Source: Negativicutes bacterium (GTDB lineage Bacteria; Bacillota; Negativicutes; UBA1444). Taken from it: a DNA stretch of 64,000 nt. The notes under the pieces are model-generated. The model was not told where the DNA came from, ran no database searches, and saw only the letters and a list, made by a program, of their open reading frames with translations. This document shows, piece by piece, positions 48,826 to 58,539 of this stretch. The translations under genes were made by a program, and so were the position numbers. Numbering within the stretch: the first letter of the stretch is position 1; each line of letters begins with the position of its first letter. The DNA is taken from the NCBI GenBank assembly GCA_963665275.2, contig CAXXIN010000007.1:640001-704000 (forward strand), in the 5' to 3' direction.

Positions 48826-50655
48826 TTATTCGACTGTAACGCTTTTCGCCAGGTTTCGGGGTTTATCAACGTCGCAGCCTCTTGTAACTGCCGCATAGTA
48901 AGCCAGCAGTTGCAGGGGAATGACCGCCAGGATAGGCGCCAAATATTTGTCAGTGGCTGGAATGAAGATCGTGTGATCGACGTATTTTTTGATCTGTTCG
49001 TCCCCTTCCATTGCCAAGCCGATAACAACCGCATCGCGTGCTTTGACTTCCTTGATATTGCTCAAGGTTTTTTCATAGACATCCATCTGTGTGGCGAGGG
49101 CAATCACCGGGACTCCTTCGATAATGAGCGCAAGTGTGCCATGTTTCAGTTCACCAGCTGCATAGGCTTCAGCATGGATATAAGAAATTTCCTTGAGTTT
49201 CAAGGCCCCTTCCATCGCCACGGCATAGTCGAGCGACCGGCCGATGAAAAACACATCTTCATTGAAGCCGTACAATTCCGCAAAAGTTTTGACCGACTGT
49301 CCATTGGCGAGAAATGTCTCCGCTTTTTGCGGCAAATTCCGCAGTTCTGACACGATTTTCTGCAGCCTGTCTGCGGGAAGGCTCTCACGTAAGGCGGCCA
49401 GATAGAGCGAGACCATCAGCATGATCAACAGTTGCGTAGTATAGGCTTTGGTGGATGCGACCGCAATTTCCGGACCGGCCCAGGTATATATCACCTGATC
49501 CGCCTCGCGCGAAATGGATGAGCCAACAACATTGGTCACTGCCAATGTGCGAGCGCCCAGCCGCTTCGCTTCTTTCAGGGCGGCCAACGAGTCGCTGGTT
49601 TCACCGGATTGGCTGATCACGATGACCAATGTGCTGGAATCCACCAACGGATTCCGGTATCGGAACTCGGACGCGATATCGACCTCGACCGGTATCCGCG
49701 CCAATTGTTCGATGTAGTATTTGCCGACCAGACCCGCATGATAAGCTGTTCCGCAGGCGGTAATCATGATTTTTTTGATAGCGGCGACATCTTCACGAGT
49801 CCATTTCAATTCGTCAAACGTGATGACATTATTATCCCGGCTCACCCGAGCCGTCATAGTATCCCGAAACGCCTTGGGCTGCTCAACAATCTCTTTGAGC
49901 ATGAAATGATCGTACCCGCCTTTTTCAGCCGCCTCCGCATCCCAGTTGACTTCGAAGACCTTCTTGGAAATAGGCACGCCCTGACGGTTGGTCACCCAGA
50001 CGGAGTCTTTGGTTACGACAGCCATTTCGCCGTCGCTGAGAATGAAGGTCCGCCGGGTACGGCTGATGATCGCAGGGATATCGGATGCGATGAAATTCTC
50101 CCCTTCACCCAGGCCAATAACCAGAGGGTTGTCCTGCTTGGTGCAGATAATCTTATCCGGGTCATGTTTGGAAATAAACACCAGCGAGTAGGATCCTCGA
50201 ATTTCGGACAGTACTTTTTTTACGGCGTCAACAAAATCTCCTTGATAATACTCTTCCACCAGATGAGCCACGACTTCGGTATCAGTTTCAGACACGAATT
50301 TATGGCCTTTTTCGATCAATCGTTCCTTAATTTGGAGATAGTTTTCGACGATTCCATTATGTACGACCACGAAATCTCCATGGCAATCGGTATGGGGGTG
50401 AGAGTTGATGTCGGATGGACGACCATGAGTAGCCCAACGGGTGTGTCCGATCCCCATATGACCCTTGGGAATATGCCCTTCGATCTTCTTTTCGAGGCTT
50501 CCGAGACGGCCCATACATTTTTCAACGACGATTTCCTCACCATTGAACACGGCAATACCAGCCGAGTCATAACCACGATATTCCAGTTTGCGCAACCCTT
50601 CCAGCAAAAAAGCTGCAGCCTGTTTCGGGCCAACATAGCCCACAATGCCACACAT
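48826..50655 (-). CDS. glmS: Glutamine-fructose-6-phosphate transaminase
   Basis: MCGIVG, EYRGYDSAG, SQSGET, PRNLAKSVTVE. Confidence 0.98.
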   Translation of the reverse strand: MCGIVGYVGPKQAAAFLLEGLRKLEYRGYDSAGIAVFNGEEIVVEKCMGRLGSLEKKIEGHIPKGHMGIGHTRWATHGRPSDINSHPHTDCHGDFVVVHNGIVENYLQIKERLIEKGHKFVSETDTEVVAHLVEEYYQGDFVDAVKKVLSEIRGSYSLVFISKHDPDKIICTKQDNPLVIGLGEGENFIASDIPAIISRTRRTFILSDGEMAVVTKDSVWVTNRQGVPISKKVFEVNWDAEAAEKGGYDHFMLKEIVEQPKAFRDTMTARVSRDNNVITFDELKWTREDVAAIKKIMITACGTAYHAGLVGKYYIEQLARIPVEVDIASEFRYRNPLVDSSTLVIVISQSGETSDSLAALKEAKRLGARTLAVTNVVGSSISREADQVIYTWAGPEIAVASTKAYTTQLLIMLMVSLYLAALRESLPADRLQKIVSELRNLPQKAETFLANGQSVKTFAELYGFNEDVFFIGRSLDYAVAMEGALKLKEISYIHAEAYAAGELKHGTLALIIEGVPVIALATQMDVYEKTLSNIKEVKARDAVVIGLAMEGDEQIKKYVDHTIFIPATDKYLAPILAVIPLQLLAYYAAVTRGCDVDKPRNLAKSVTVE

Positions 50656-50689
50656 CTATTAGTTTCCTCCAATATGCTATTCATTTTCT

Positions 50690-50828
50690 GCCACAGTCGT
50701 TTTGTCCCACTGGTCGCCCAGCGGTTTTGTCGACTGCTTTCGACTGCAGACAGTCGGGAGGCATCCGCTGAAAACTCGATTAACCTCCGCCTCGTCCACT
50801 TGCCTTTCGGCAAGTGCCAGCGCTATAT
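50690..50828 (-). ncRNA. glmS ribozyme (GlcN6P-activated)
   Basis: Minus strand TATAGCGCTGGCACTTGCC-gaaa-GGCAAGTGGACGAGGCGGAGGTTAATCGAGTTTTCAGCGGATGCCTCCCG matches the core consensus; lies 5' of glmS. Confidence 0.93.
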
Positions 50829-50938
50829 GATTCTGTTCCAGCCTGCGTCACTGTTTTTTTGTTCTCACCTCTTTCCCTGACAATATGGGCGGCTCCAGAA
50901 TATATTTAATGCCATTGTATATTATGCGAAGGGCTGGG

Positions 50939-52279
50939 TCAATTCAACTCAGCCCTGATTGTGGAGGCCACTTGCTCTGCCAGGCGTTCGAGTTCAGTCA
51001 AGGTCGGGCCCTCCACCATGACCCTGATGAGCGGCTCCGTTCCCGAAGCCCGAACCAGAATTCGTCCTGATTCTCCCAGCGCCTTTTCAGCGCTTTCGAC
51101 AATCGCGGCAATACGGGGATTTTCCTCCCACCCGGCCTTGCTGCGTACGCGGATATTGACCAGCACCTGCGGGAAACGGGTCATGAGTTCTCCGAGTTGC
51201 GACAGTGGCAATCCACTGCGATGCATGGCTGCCAAAAGTTGCAGCGCAGTCATTAGCCCGTCGCCTGTCGTGCTGTATTCACCGAAAATGATGTGCCCGG
51301 ACTGCTCACCGCCCAGGGACAATCCATGTGTCTGCATGGCCTCCAAAACGTAGCGGTCGCCGACCGAAGTCACCATGACATTGCCGCCGGCCTTGCGGAT
51401 GGCCTGGTGCAGTCCGATATTGCTCATGACAGTCGTCACCAGTGTAGTTTGCTTCAAAGCATTGTTGCGGAGTAGTTCATTAGCCAAGATAACCATGATT
51501 TGATCGCCATCCACCATTTGCCCCTTTTCGTCGATAGCCAGGCAACGGTCTGCATCCCCGTCAAAGGCCAGGCCTAAATCGGCCCCCTGTGCAATAACAG
51601 CTGTCTGAAGCGATTCCATATGGGTCGACCCGCAGTGATCATTGATGTTAAAGCCGTCCGGTGCGGCGTGCAGGACGCTAAGTTTTATCCCCAGTTGGGA
51701 TAAAACAGCAGGCGCCGCTTCAAAAGAGGCTCCGTTGGCGCAATCGATCACCACATGCAACCCTGACAGTTTCTCACGGAGAGTACCGCAGAGAAACTCC
51801 TGATAAGCGCCGATTCGGTCATGCCGATAGGTAATAGCTCCGACAGCTTTGCCAGTGGGACGCGGCAAGGACTCCATGCCGCGGGCCACGATTTCTTCCA
51901 GCTCGTCTTCCACGGCGTCAGGTAATTTGTAGCCGCTTCCACTGAAAAACTTGATTCCATTATCGGCGAACGGATTATGGGAAGCCGAAATGACCACCCC
52001 GGCTGCGGCGTCAGACGTACTCGTCAACCAAGCCACTCCGGGCGTAGGAATGATGCCGAGGACCTCGGCATTGCCGCCGGCTGAGCAAATACCTGCACAC
52101 AGGGCTGCCTCCAGCATTTGACCGGAAACCCGGGTGTCCCGTCCAATCAGAAAGGTTGGTTTTTCATGTTCACGACCAAAATACCAGGCAGCCGCCCAGC
52201 CCAGCCGGAAAGCCAGCTCCGGAGTTAATTCCGTGTTGGCGAGTCCCCTCACTCCATCGGTGCCAAATAATCTTGCCAT
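50939..52279 (-). CDS. glmM: Phosphoglucosamine mutase
   Basis: LFGTDGVRG, ISASHNP, FDGDADR, GGEQSGH, RASGTEP. Confidence 0.97.
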   Translation of the reverse strand: MARLFGTDGVRGLANTELTPELAFRLGWAAAWYFGREHEKPTFLIGRDTRVSGQMLEAALCAGICSAGGNAEVLGIIPTPGVAWLTSTSDAAAGVVISASHNPFADNGIKFFSGSGYKLPDAVEDELEEIVARGMESLPRPTGKAVGAITYRHDRIGAYQEFLCGTLREKLSGLHVVIDCANGASFEAAPAVLSQLGIKLSVLHAAPDGFNINDHCGSTHMESLQTAVIAQGADLGLAFDGDADRCLAIDEKGQMVDGDQIMVILANELLRNNALKQTTLVTTVMSNIGLHQAIRKAGGNVMVTSVGDRYVLEAMQTHGLSLGGEQSGHIIFGEYSTTGDGLMTALQLLAAMHRSGLPLSQLGELMTRFPQVLVNIRVRSKAGWEENPRIAAIVESAEKALGESGRILVRASGTEPLIRVMVEGPTLTELERLAEQVASTIRAELN

Positions 52280-52309
52280 TCATTCTTCCCCCTGTGTTAT
52301 CGTTTATAA

Positions 52310-53929
52310 TTATTCCGGTTTATATTCGCACAAAATCGCATTTGCGGTATTCTGACCATCAAGGGCGGCGCTCATGATGCCACCGGCGTAGCCCGCACCC
52401 TCCCCCATAGGATATAGGCCGGACACATTGACCGATTCTCTGTTTTCACCCCGCAGAATCCTGAGCGGGGCAGAAGTCCGGGTTTCCACACCTGTCAGTA
52501 CAGCTCCGGGATGATTGAACCCTTTGATTTTTCGACCAAAATCCGGTAGCGCCCGCCGCAATGACCCTGAAACAAAATCCGGCAAACACTCATCCAGGTT
52601 GACGCTCTTCACACCGGGACCATATGTTGGCTGCGTCAGGAAGTTCGTTCCTCCCGAAGAACCCGTCATGAACTCGCCAACCGTCTGAACCGGAGCAAAA
52701 TAAGACCCACCGGCCACTGCGAACGCTTTTCTTTCATAATGGCGTTGAAATTCGACTCCATCCAGGACCCCGTTTCCATAATCTTCTGGGGTCACGTTTA
52801 CCGCGATGGCACTGTTGGCAGAACCGGAGGCGCGCTGATAATGGCTCATCCCATTTACAACAACGCCGCCAGCTTCCGACGCCGCGCCGATCACAACGCC
52901 GCCGGGACACATGCAAAAAGAATAAGCCGTTCGGCCAGCAAGCTTGTCATGAAACACCAAAGAGTAATCTGCCGCCCCCAGCTTGGGATGCCCTGCTGCG
53001 CGTCCATATTGGGATTGGTCAATCAATTCCTGTGGATGCTCAATGCGTACGCCGATGGAGAACGGCTTGGCTTCCATTGCTACACCACGGTGATGCAGCG
53101 CCAGATAGGTGTCCCGCGCACTGTGTCCGATGCCCAGCATCGCGACGTTGCAAGGAAGAACTGGACAATCATTGACATATATGCCAGTCAGTACTCCCGC
53201 TTCAATCCGGAAGTCCGTCACTGTTTGCCCGAATCGAACCTCGCCTCCCAACGATTCGATCTGCTGCCGAATGTTTTTCACAACCTGCCGCAGACGATCG
53301 GTTCCGATATGAGGTTTATACCAATATCTAATTTCAGGCGGCGCGCCAGCATCAACGAGAGTATTCAATACCTCATTCATCAGTCGGTCATGAACCCGTG
53401 TCGTCAGCTTGCCATCCGAAAAAGTCCCGGCGCCACCTGCACCAAACTGAACATTGGAGGTTTCATCCAAGATCCCTTTGTCCCAAAACTTCTGTACAGC
53501 CAACTGGCGTTGTTCAACGTCCGGACCCCTCTCAAGCACCAGTGGCCGATACCCGCGCTGTGCGAGTGCGAGCGCGGCAAACATACCGGCGGGCCCAAAG
53601 CCGATCACCACCGGTCTTTCCGCCAGCAGTCGGGTTCCTGTTTCAAATTCTGGCGGAGGTGATTGCTCCACTATGACGATATTTTTATCCTCACTCCAGT
53701 GTTGCTCCCATTTTTTCCCCGCATCCGGCACTTCGGTTTCAATAGTGTATACAAATGAAATCTTATCTTCGCGGCGGGCATCCAGTGCCTGCCTTACGAT
53801 CCGGAAATTTTTCAACTGTTGGCGCCCGATGCGCAAACGTGCAGAAACAAGGGTCTCCAGTGAAACTTTATCATCTATGGACACCCTTAAATTAGCCAAG
53901 CGCAAAATCTGAGGTACCTGTTTATTCAT
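52310..53929 (-). CDS. Uncharacterised FAD-dependent oxidoreductase (COG2509-like)
   Basis: VIGFGPAG, SNVQFGAGGAGTFSDGKL, FCMCPGG, GVETRTS, GEGAGYAGGI. Confidence 0.88.
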   Translation of the reverse strand: MNKQVPQILRLANLRVSIDDKVSLETLVSARLRIGRQQLKNFRIVRQALDARREDKISFVYTIETEVPDAGKKWEQHWSEDKNIVIVEQSPPPEFETGTRLLAERPVVIGFGPAGMFAALALAQRGYRPLVLERGPDVEQRQLAVQKFWDKGILDETSNVQFGAGGAGTFSDGKLTTRVHDRLMNEVLNTLVDAGAPPEIRYWYKPHIGTDRLRQVVKNIRQQIESLGGEVRFGQTVTDFRIEAGVLTGIYVNDCPVLPCNVAMLGIGHSARDTYLALHHRGVAMEAKPFSIGVRIEHPQELIDQSQYGRAAGHPKLGAADYSLVFHDKLAGRTAYSFCMCPGGVVIGAASEAGGVVVNGMSHYQRASGSANSAIAVNVTPEDYGNGVLDGVEFQRHYERKAFAVAGGSYFAPVQTVGEFMTGSSGGTNFLTQPTYGPGVKSVNLDECLPDFVSGSLRRALPDFGRKIKGFNHPGAVLTGVETRTSAPLRILRGENRESVNVSGLYPMGEGAGYAGGIMSAALDGQNTANAILCEYKPE

Positions 53930-53930
53930 T

Positions 53931-54851
53931 TCAAGGCCCTTGCCCAACAGTGATCCGCACCATTACGGTCTTGCGGTCAGCCGTCACACCCGATGGGAGT
54001 TGGAGGGGAACTTCCCTGGTAACATCTTTTGTTACCCCTGTCAAAGATACCGGTTCAGTCACGACGGCAGTAATTTTATCCAGTGCGTCTTTTGGACCCT
54101 TCAATTCAATCTTCAATGGCTCAGTAAATACCTTGCGCAAGAGAACCCCATCCGGCAAGTTGCCGATCAGAACAGTTTTGATATCAACAGTTTTTATAAC
54201 AGCCCCCGACTCCAAGTTTCCAGACACGGTAACCTGTGATGGTTCCACCGTCAGGCTCTTCATTTCCGCTCCATTAGGTCCCAGTAAAACAAGTTTTGAT
54301 GTAATGGAAAAAGCCGGCGTCTGTTCACGTATTTCCAGTGGCGCTACAACTTTATCTATTGAATCCAAAACACTCTGTGGGCCGGTAATAGTTGTCACTG
54401 CAGGTTTCACTTCCACCTTGCCAATCACCATCTGTGATGCGATCGGTCCCGACAAACGAGGCAGAATCGAGAATTGACGGGATCGGACTGCCTCTATCTT
54501 GACGGTAACCTTATCAGGCGTCACTTCAACCAGCTCATACCCGCCTGGTAAAGCTACCGCCACTGGCAGATTATATTGTCCAGTCGCCATTCCCTTCAAG
54601 TCAACCGTAGCGCGGAATTCTTTGACAGCCGCTCCGGCAATCGCATTGCGAAGGCCGCGCACCTTGACCCTGACCGTTTCCGGCGCCTCCATAACGACCA
54701 TTTTCTCCGAAAGATTCCTTGTGCTCAGCGCAACTTGAAAGGTCCCTTCAACCGGTGGATTTTGTTCGTTCATGACAAAAGTCCAAACGATCAGGGCCAC
54801 TAAAACCGCCAGCAGTTTAGGGAGCAGATTCCTGCCCAAAAAATAGTTCAT
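53931..54851 (-). CDS. cdaR: YbbR-repeat regulator of diadenylate cyclase
   Basis: N-terminal TM (KLLAVLVALIVW), three YbbR-like repeats, follows cdaA. Confidence 0.88.
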   Translation of the reverse strand: MNYFLGRNLLPKLLAVLVALIVWTFVMNEQNPPVEGTFQVALSTRNLSEKMVVMEAPETVRVKVRGLRNAIAGAAVKEFRATVDLKGMATGQYNLPVAVALPGGYELVEVTPDKVTVKIEAVRSRQFSILPRLSGPIASQMVIGKVEVKPAVTTITGPQSVLDSIDKVVAPLEIREQTPAFSITSKLVLLGPNGAEMKSLTVEPSQVTVSGNLESGAVIKTVDIKTVLIGNLPDGVLLRKVFTEPLKIELKGPKDALDKITAVVTEPVSLTGVTKDVTREVPLQLPSGVTADRKTVMVRITVGQGP

Positions 54852-55669
54852 TGCCGGCCATTCCTCCGATTGATATAATCACTCAGCCCCTGAGTCTTTG
54901 TCGAAAATAATTCTTCAAGCCGGGACTGCAGGGAGGTGAAATCCAGACGTCGTTCCAGTCGACCCCCGAGAGCAATGGAAATCAAACCGGTTTCTTCACT
55001 AACCACGATGACGATCGAGTCCGATTGTTCGCTAAGTCCAATAGCAGCGCGATGGCGCGTTCCCAATTCCTTGTCCAGTCCAGACCTTTCCGTCAACGGC
55101 AATAAGCAGCCCGCTGCCACCACCCGGTTTCCCCTGATGATCAGGGCTCCATCGTGCAGCGGCGTATTGGGCACAAAACAGTTGAGCAGCAATTCACTGG
55201 ACACCAGTCCGTCGATACGGATTCCGCTTTCCACATAATCATTCAACCCTGTTTCTCGTTCCACAACGATCAGTGCCCCGGTCTTGGTTTTGGACAAGGT
55301 CACAGCCGTTTTGGCCAGATCGCGAAACAATTGTGTCATTTCTTCTTCATTCAATCGTTTAGACTTGCCAAAAAAACGGCCCCTGCCGATATGTTCAAGT
55401 GCGCGCCTAAGTTCCGGCTGAAAAACGACCGGCAACGCAACCGCCACAACGGTCAGAGTCTTCCCCAGCAACCAATATAGCGCGTTCAAGTGGAGCCAGT
55501 TGCTGATCAGAGCCATCACCAGCACAACAAGCAGGCCCTTGAGCAAAGTCACAGCTCGGGTATCTTTGATCAATGCATATAGTTTGTATAGAACGAACGC
55601 CACGATCAAAACGTCGAGCAGATCGATCAGCCCAAAAGGCGGTATGAAGTTTCGAAACTGCTGGTCCAT
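54848..55669 (-). CDS. cdaA: Membrane diadenylate cyclase
   Basis: Three TMs, FQPELRRALE, LHDGA, GTRHRAA. Confidence 0.96.
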   Translation of the reverse strand: MDQQFRNFIPPFGLIDLLDVLIVAFVLYKLYALIKDTRAVTLLKGLLVVLVMALISNWLHLNALYWLLGKTLTVVAVALPVVFQPELRRALEHIGRGRFFGKSKRLNEEEMTQLFRDLAKTAVTLSKTKTGALIVVERETGLNDYVESGIRIDGLVSSELLLNCFVPNTPLHDGALIIRGNRVVAAGCLLPLTERSGLDKELGTRHRAAIGLSEQSDSIVIVVSEETGLISIALGGRLERRLDFTSLQSRLEELFSTKTQGLSDYINRRNGRQ

Positions 55670-55771
55670 TTTGCGTACACCCCATTATGAAGAATGTCCC
55701 GTTGGTTCGTTGTGGTATTAATATTCGCCCTGCACCCTGCAAAACCCTTTGTTCTTTCGCAGACATAACGA

Positions 55772-55797
55772 AAGCCTCCCGCAGCTGCGGGAGGCTT
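55772..55797 (-). terminator. Terminator after ilvE
   Basis: AAGCCTCCCGC-agct-GCGGGAGGCTT. Confidence 0.65.
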
Positions 55798-55811
55798 GAA
55801 ACCCCTTATGA

Positions 55812-56885
55812 TCAGAGTTTCGTAACCGTATTGACCCAGCCGTGATTGTCCGGCAGAGTCCCGTACTGTATCCCGGCAATTTCATCGAAGAATTTTTGTG
55901 CAGTTGGACCAGTCTTATTATTATTGATAATGAGTTTTTTGTTTTTCCATGAAAGTTCGCCGACAGGAGAAATGACGGCAGCCGTCCCTGATGCGAACAC
56001 TTCCTGCAGTGTCCCGTTCTCATGAGCAGCGAATACTTCATCAATGGAAATCTGCCGTTCCGATACCTTCATGCCCCATGCGCGGGCAAGCTCCAAGACG
56101 GTGCGACGGGTAATTCCCCCAAGAATGCTGCCGTTTAGCGCCGGTGTAATCAGTTCGTCGTTGATTTTGAAAAAGATGTTGCTGGTGCCAACTTCCTCGA
56201 TATACTTACGTTCAACACCATCCAGCCAGAGAACCTGAGAATATCCATCGTGCTTGGCCTCGATCTGGGCACGGAGACTTGCCGCATAATTTGCCGGAGT
56301 CTTGGCTTCACCAATGCCGCCCGGAACTGCACGCACGTATTTGTCTTCCACTCGGATCCCCACTGGATTAAATCCTTCCGCATAGTAGGTACCAGAGGGA
56401 GACAAAATAATGAACAGTTTAAAAGTATTGGAGCATCTCACGCCAACAAACGGATCGGTGGCAATGATGAATGGACGAATATAGATGGATGTACCCAATT
56501 TACCGGGTAAAAACCGTTTATCCACTTCCAGTAGTTTGAATAATCCGGCCTGGACCTGATCCACATCAGTGTTCGGAATACAGAGAATATCCGCAGAACG
56601 GTTGAACCGCTGCAGATAGTCCCGGATGCGGAATACCACCAGTCTGTCATCATGAGTCTTGAAGGCTTTGATTCCTTCAAAGATAGCCTGTCCATAATGC
56701 AGAACCATTGCGGATGGAAAGAGGTTGATTTCTTCGTACGGAACAATCCGTGGTGAATGCCACCCCTTATCCGTTTCGTAGTCCATCACGAACATGTGGT
56801 CGGTGAAATACGTGCCAAACCCTAGTTTTTCCTCATCGGGCATGGTACCCGGCCTGGTTGTTTTTTGGATGCTGATTTCTGTCAT
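55812..56885 (-). CDS. ilvE: Branched-chain amino acid aminotransferase
   Basis: FTDHMF, LHYGQAIFEG, YIRPF, GEAKTPANY, GTAAVISPVG. Confidence 0.95.
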   Translation of the reverse strand: MTEISIQKTTRPGTMPDEEKLGFGTYFTDHMFVMDYETDKGWHSPRIVPYEEINLFPSAMVLHYGQAIFEGIKAFKTHDDRLVVFRIRDYLQRFNRSADILCIPNTDVDQVQAGLFKLLEVDKRFLPGKLGTSIYIRPFIIATDPFVGVRCSNTFKLFIILSPSGTYYAEGFNPVGIRVEDKYVRAVPGGIGEAKTPANYAASLRAQIEAKHDGYSQVLWLDGVERKYIEEVGTSNIFFKINDELITPALNGSILGGITRRTVLELARAWGMKVSERQISIDEVFAAHENGTLQEVFASGTAAVISPVGELSWKNKKLIINNNKTGPTAQKFFDEIAGIQYGTLPDNHGWVNTVTKL

Positions 56886-56945
56886 ACCGTTACCCCCCAC
56901 TACCGCTTTCTTTTTATTGTGCGTAGGAATATCCTACTAAAGCCT

Positions 56946-56979
56946 AATTTTGTGAAACTCCCGAACATTTTGGAAAATT
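56946..56979. promoter_or_regulatory. Two CodY-box-like sequences upstream of ilvE
   Basis: AATTTTGTGAAACTC and ACATTTTGGAAAATT, 3-4 mismatches to AATTTTCWGAAAATT. Confidence 0.35.
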
Positions 56980-57197
56980 AGAATATGGCCCCAACAATCC
57001 AGTACGATTGCAGCTGCTTTGCAGGCGAAATACTGCTGTTTGTAGACACTCTATCACTCTCGTCCACAAATGTCAACCAGCTTGCATATTGTATTCTTTT
57101 TTCCTTCTTTTGTGTAACGAGTTGTTTTGCGATAACTTTTTTGACACCATATAGTCTACGGATTTTGTTGGAGAGATACGCAGCGGTGTCTGTCGGC

Positions 57198-58502
57198 TTA
57201 GTGGCCTCCTGGCATTAACGGGACCGTCGTTCCAGCTTCAGTCATTATGGTAATGGAAAAATCATCCTTGCCAATTTTTTCTCTGGCAATTCGCATTGCT
57301 TCCGCCGCATCAGCGGCTGGAATCAATCCGGCATTGCGGACAAACTCCGCATTCTCAGGTTTAGTAACAATGATGAGAGAAATATTCTGTGCGATATAGG
57401 CAAATTTGAGGGCAATGAATCCTGGCACGGTGAAGCCTGCCCGCAGGGCGATCTCCCGATCATATTTGTCGACATATGTGAACCAGTTGCTGAAATCAGG
57501 CGGCTCTTTGATATCCCGGCATTCCAGGAAACAAATTGCAACACCACCGGGCTTGGTCGCCATGGCGGCATTATCAATAGTTTTCGAGCCCTGATAAAGG
57601 TTGATGTCGCGCGGATATCCCCCGGCAGAAGCCAGCACCAGATCCGCCTGTTGCTGGATAGGAATTCCGTAAATCCGTTCCACTTCCTTGCAACCGGCTT
57701 CCCATGCTTTATACCAGTGCCCGGCAAAAAACTTGGTAAACTTCCCTTGTGGATTATAGACCGCATTGAGCAGGAATGCTGGATTGAGAGCTGCCGCATG
57801 TTCAGTCATGTCTTCATGCATTTCGTTCCCATTGAGTTTACCTGAGACGCTGTTCACATTTAATCCCTTGCCGATTTCCTTGTGCAAGGCAAAGGTATGA
57901 TTTCCTTGTATGCTCTCATACGCACTGATTCCCGGCATGACCGCCTTGCGACCGCCACCGAATCCCGCCATCAGATGATAGACGATGCCGCTGGTCAGAA
58001 TCACTTTGTCGGCCTCGGCAACCCTGCGGTTTACGACAATTGGGACTCCGCGGGAAGTTTCGCCGATTTTAACGAGGTTTTCCTTGTCAAGAGAATTGTG
58101 TTGATATACTTTGACACGGTGACAGACCTCCTCGCCGCAAACCACGATATCTTCCGCCGCTGTATGCGGACGGTGTGCGCCAAGTGTGACTACAATGGAT
58201 ATATTGGCATCCTCCACGCCGGCAAAATTTAATTCATCAAGAACAACCGGTAAGAATTGGTCATGTTTGATCCAGGCTCTTGTAATATCGCCCACAGTGA
58301 TGACCACTTTGTCACCCGATGATACGACTTGCGCCAGGGGCAGCGTGCCAATCGGGTTACGCAGTGTTTCCCTGACAGCGGCAGGAATATCAATAATCTC
58401 CTCGGCCGAGTTCCCCTTAACATCATAAATTACATTTTCTGCGGGAAGTTCCACTTCCATGCTTCCTTCGCCGATACGAAAACTATAACTTTTCTTGCTC
58501 AT
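57198..58502 (-). CDS. LarA-superfamily nickel-pincer-dependent racemase/epimerase
   Basis: NPIG, DITR, LGAHR, HLMAGFGGGRK, GGYPRDINLYQ..K. Confidence 0.88.
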   Translation of the reverse strand: MSKKSYSFRIGEGSMEVELPAENVIYDVKGNSAEEIIDIPAAVRETLRNPIGTLPLAQVVSSGDKVVITVGDITRAWIKHDQFLPVVLDELNFAGVEDANISIVVTLGAHRPHTAAEDIVVCGEEVCHRVKVYQHNSLDKENLVKIGETSRGVPIVVNRRVAEADKVILTSGIVYHLMAGFGGGRKAVMPGISAYESIQGNHTFALHKEIGKGLNVNSVSGKLNGNEMHEDMTEHAAALNPAFLLNAVYNPQGKFTKFFAGHWYKAWEAGCKEVERIYGIPIQQQADLVLASAGGYPRDINLYQGSKTIDNAAMATKPGGVAICFLECRDIKEPPDFSNWFTYVDKYDREIALRAGFTVPGFIALKFAYIAQNISLIIVTKPENAEFVRNAGLIPAADAAEAMRIAREKIGKDDFSITIMTEAGTTVPLMPGGH

Positions 58503-58539
58503 ATACATCCTCCTGTACGCTTATTTATTTCTTTTGGGA

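Noticed and set aside
49609-50880. Long antisense ORFs (also 13957..15045, 43008..43742, 52739..53662, 62008..62796)
   Set aside because: They are shadows of well-supported genes on the opposite strand and carry no recognisable motifs.
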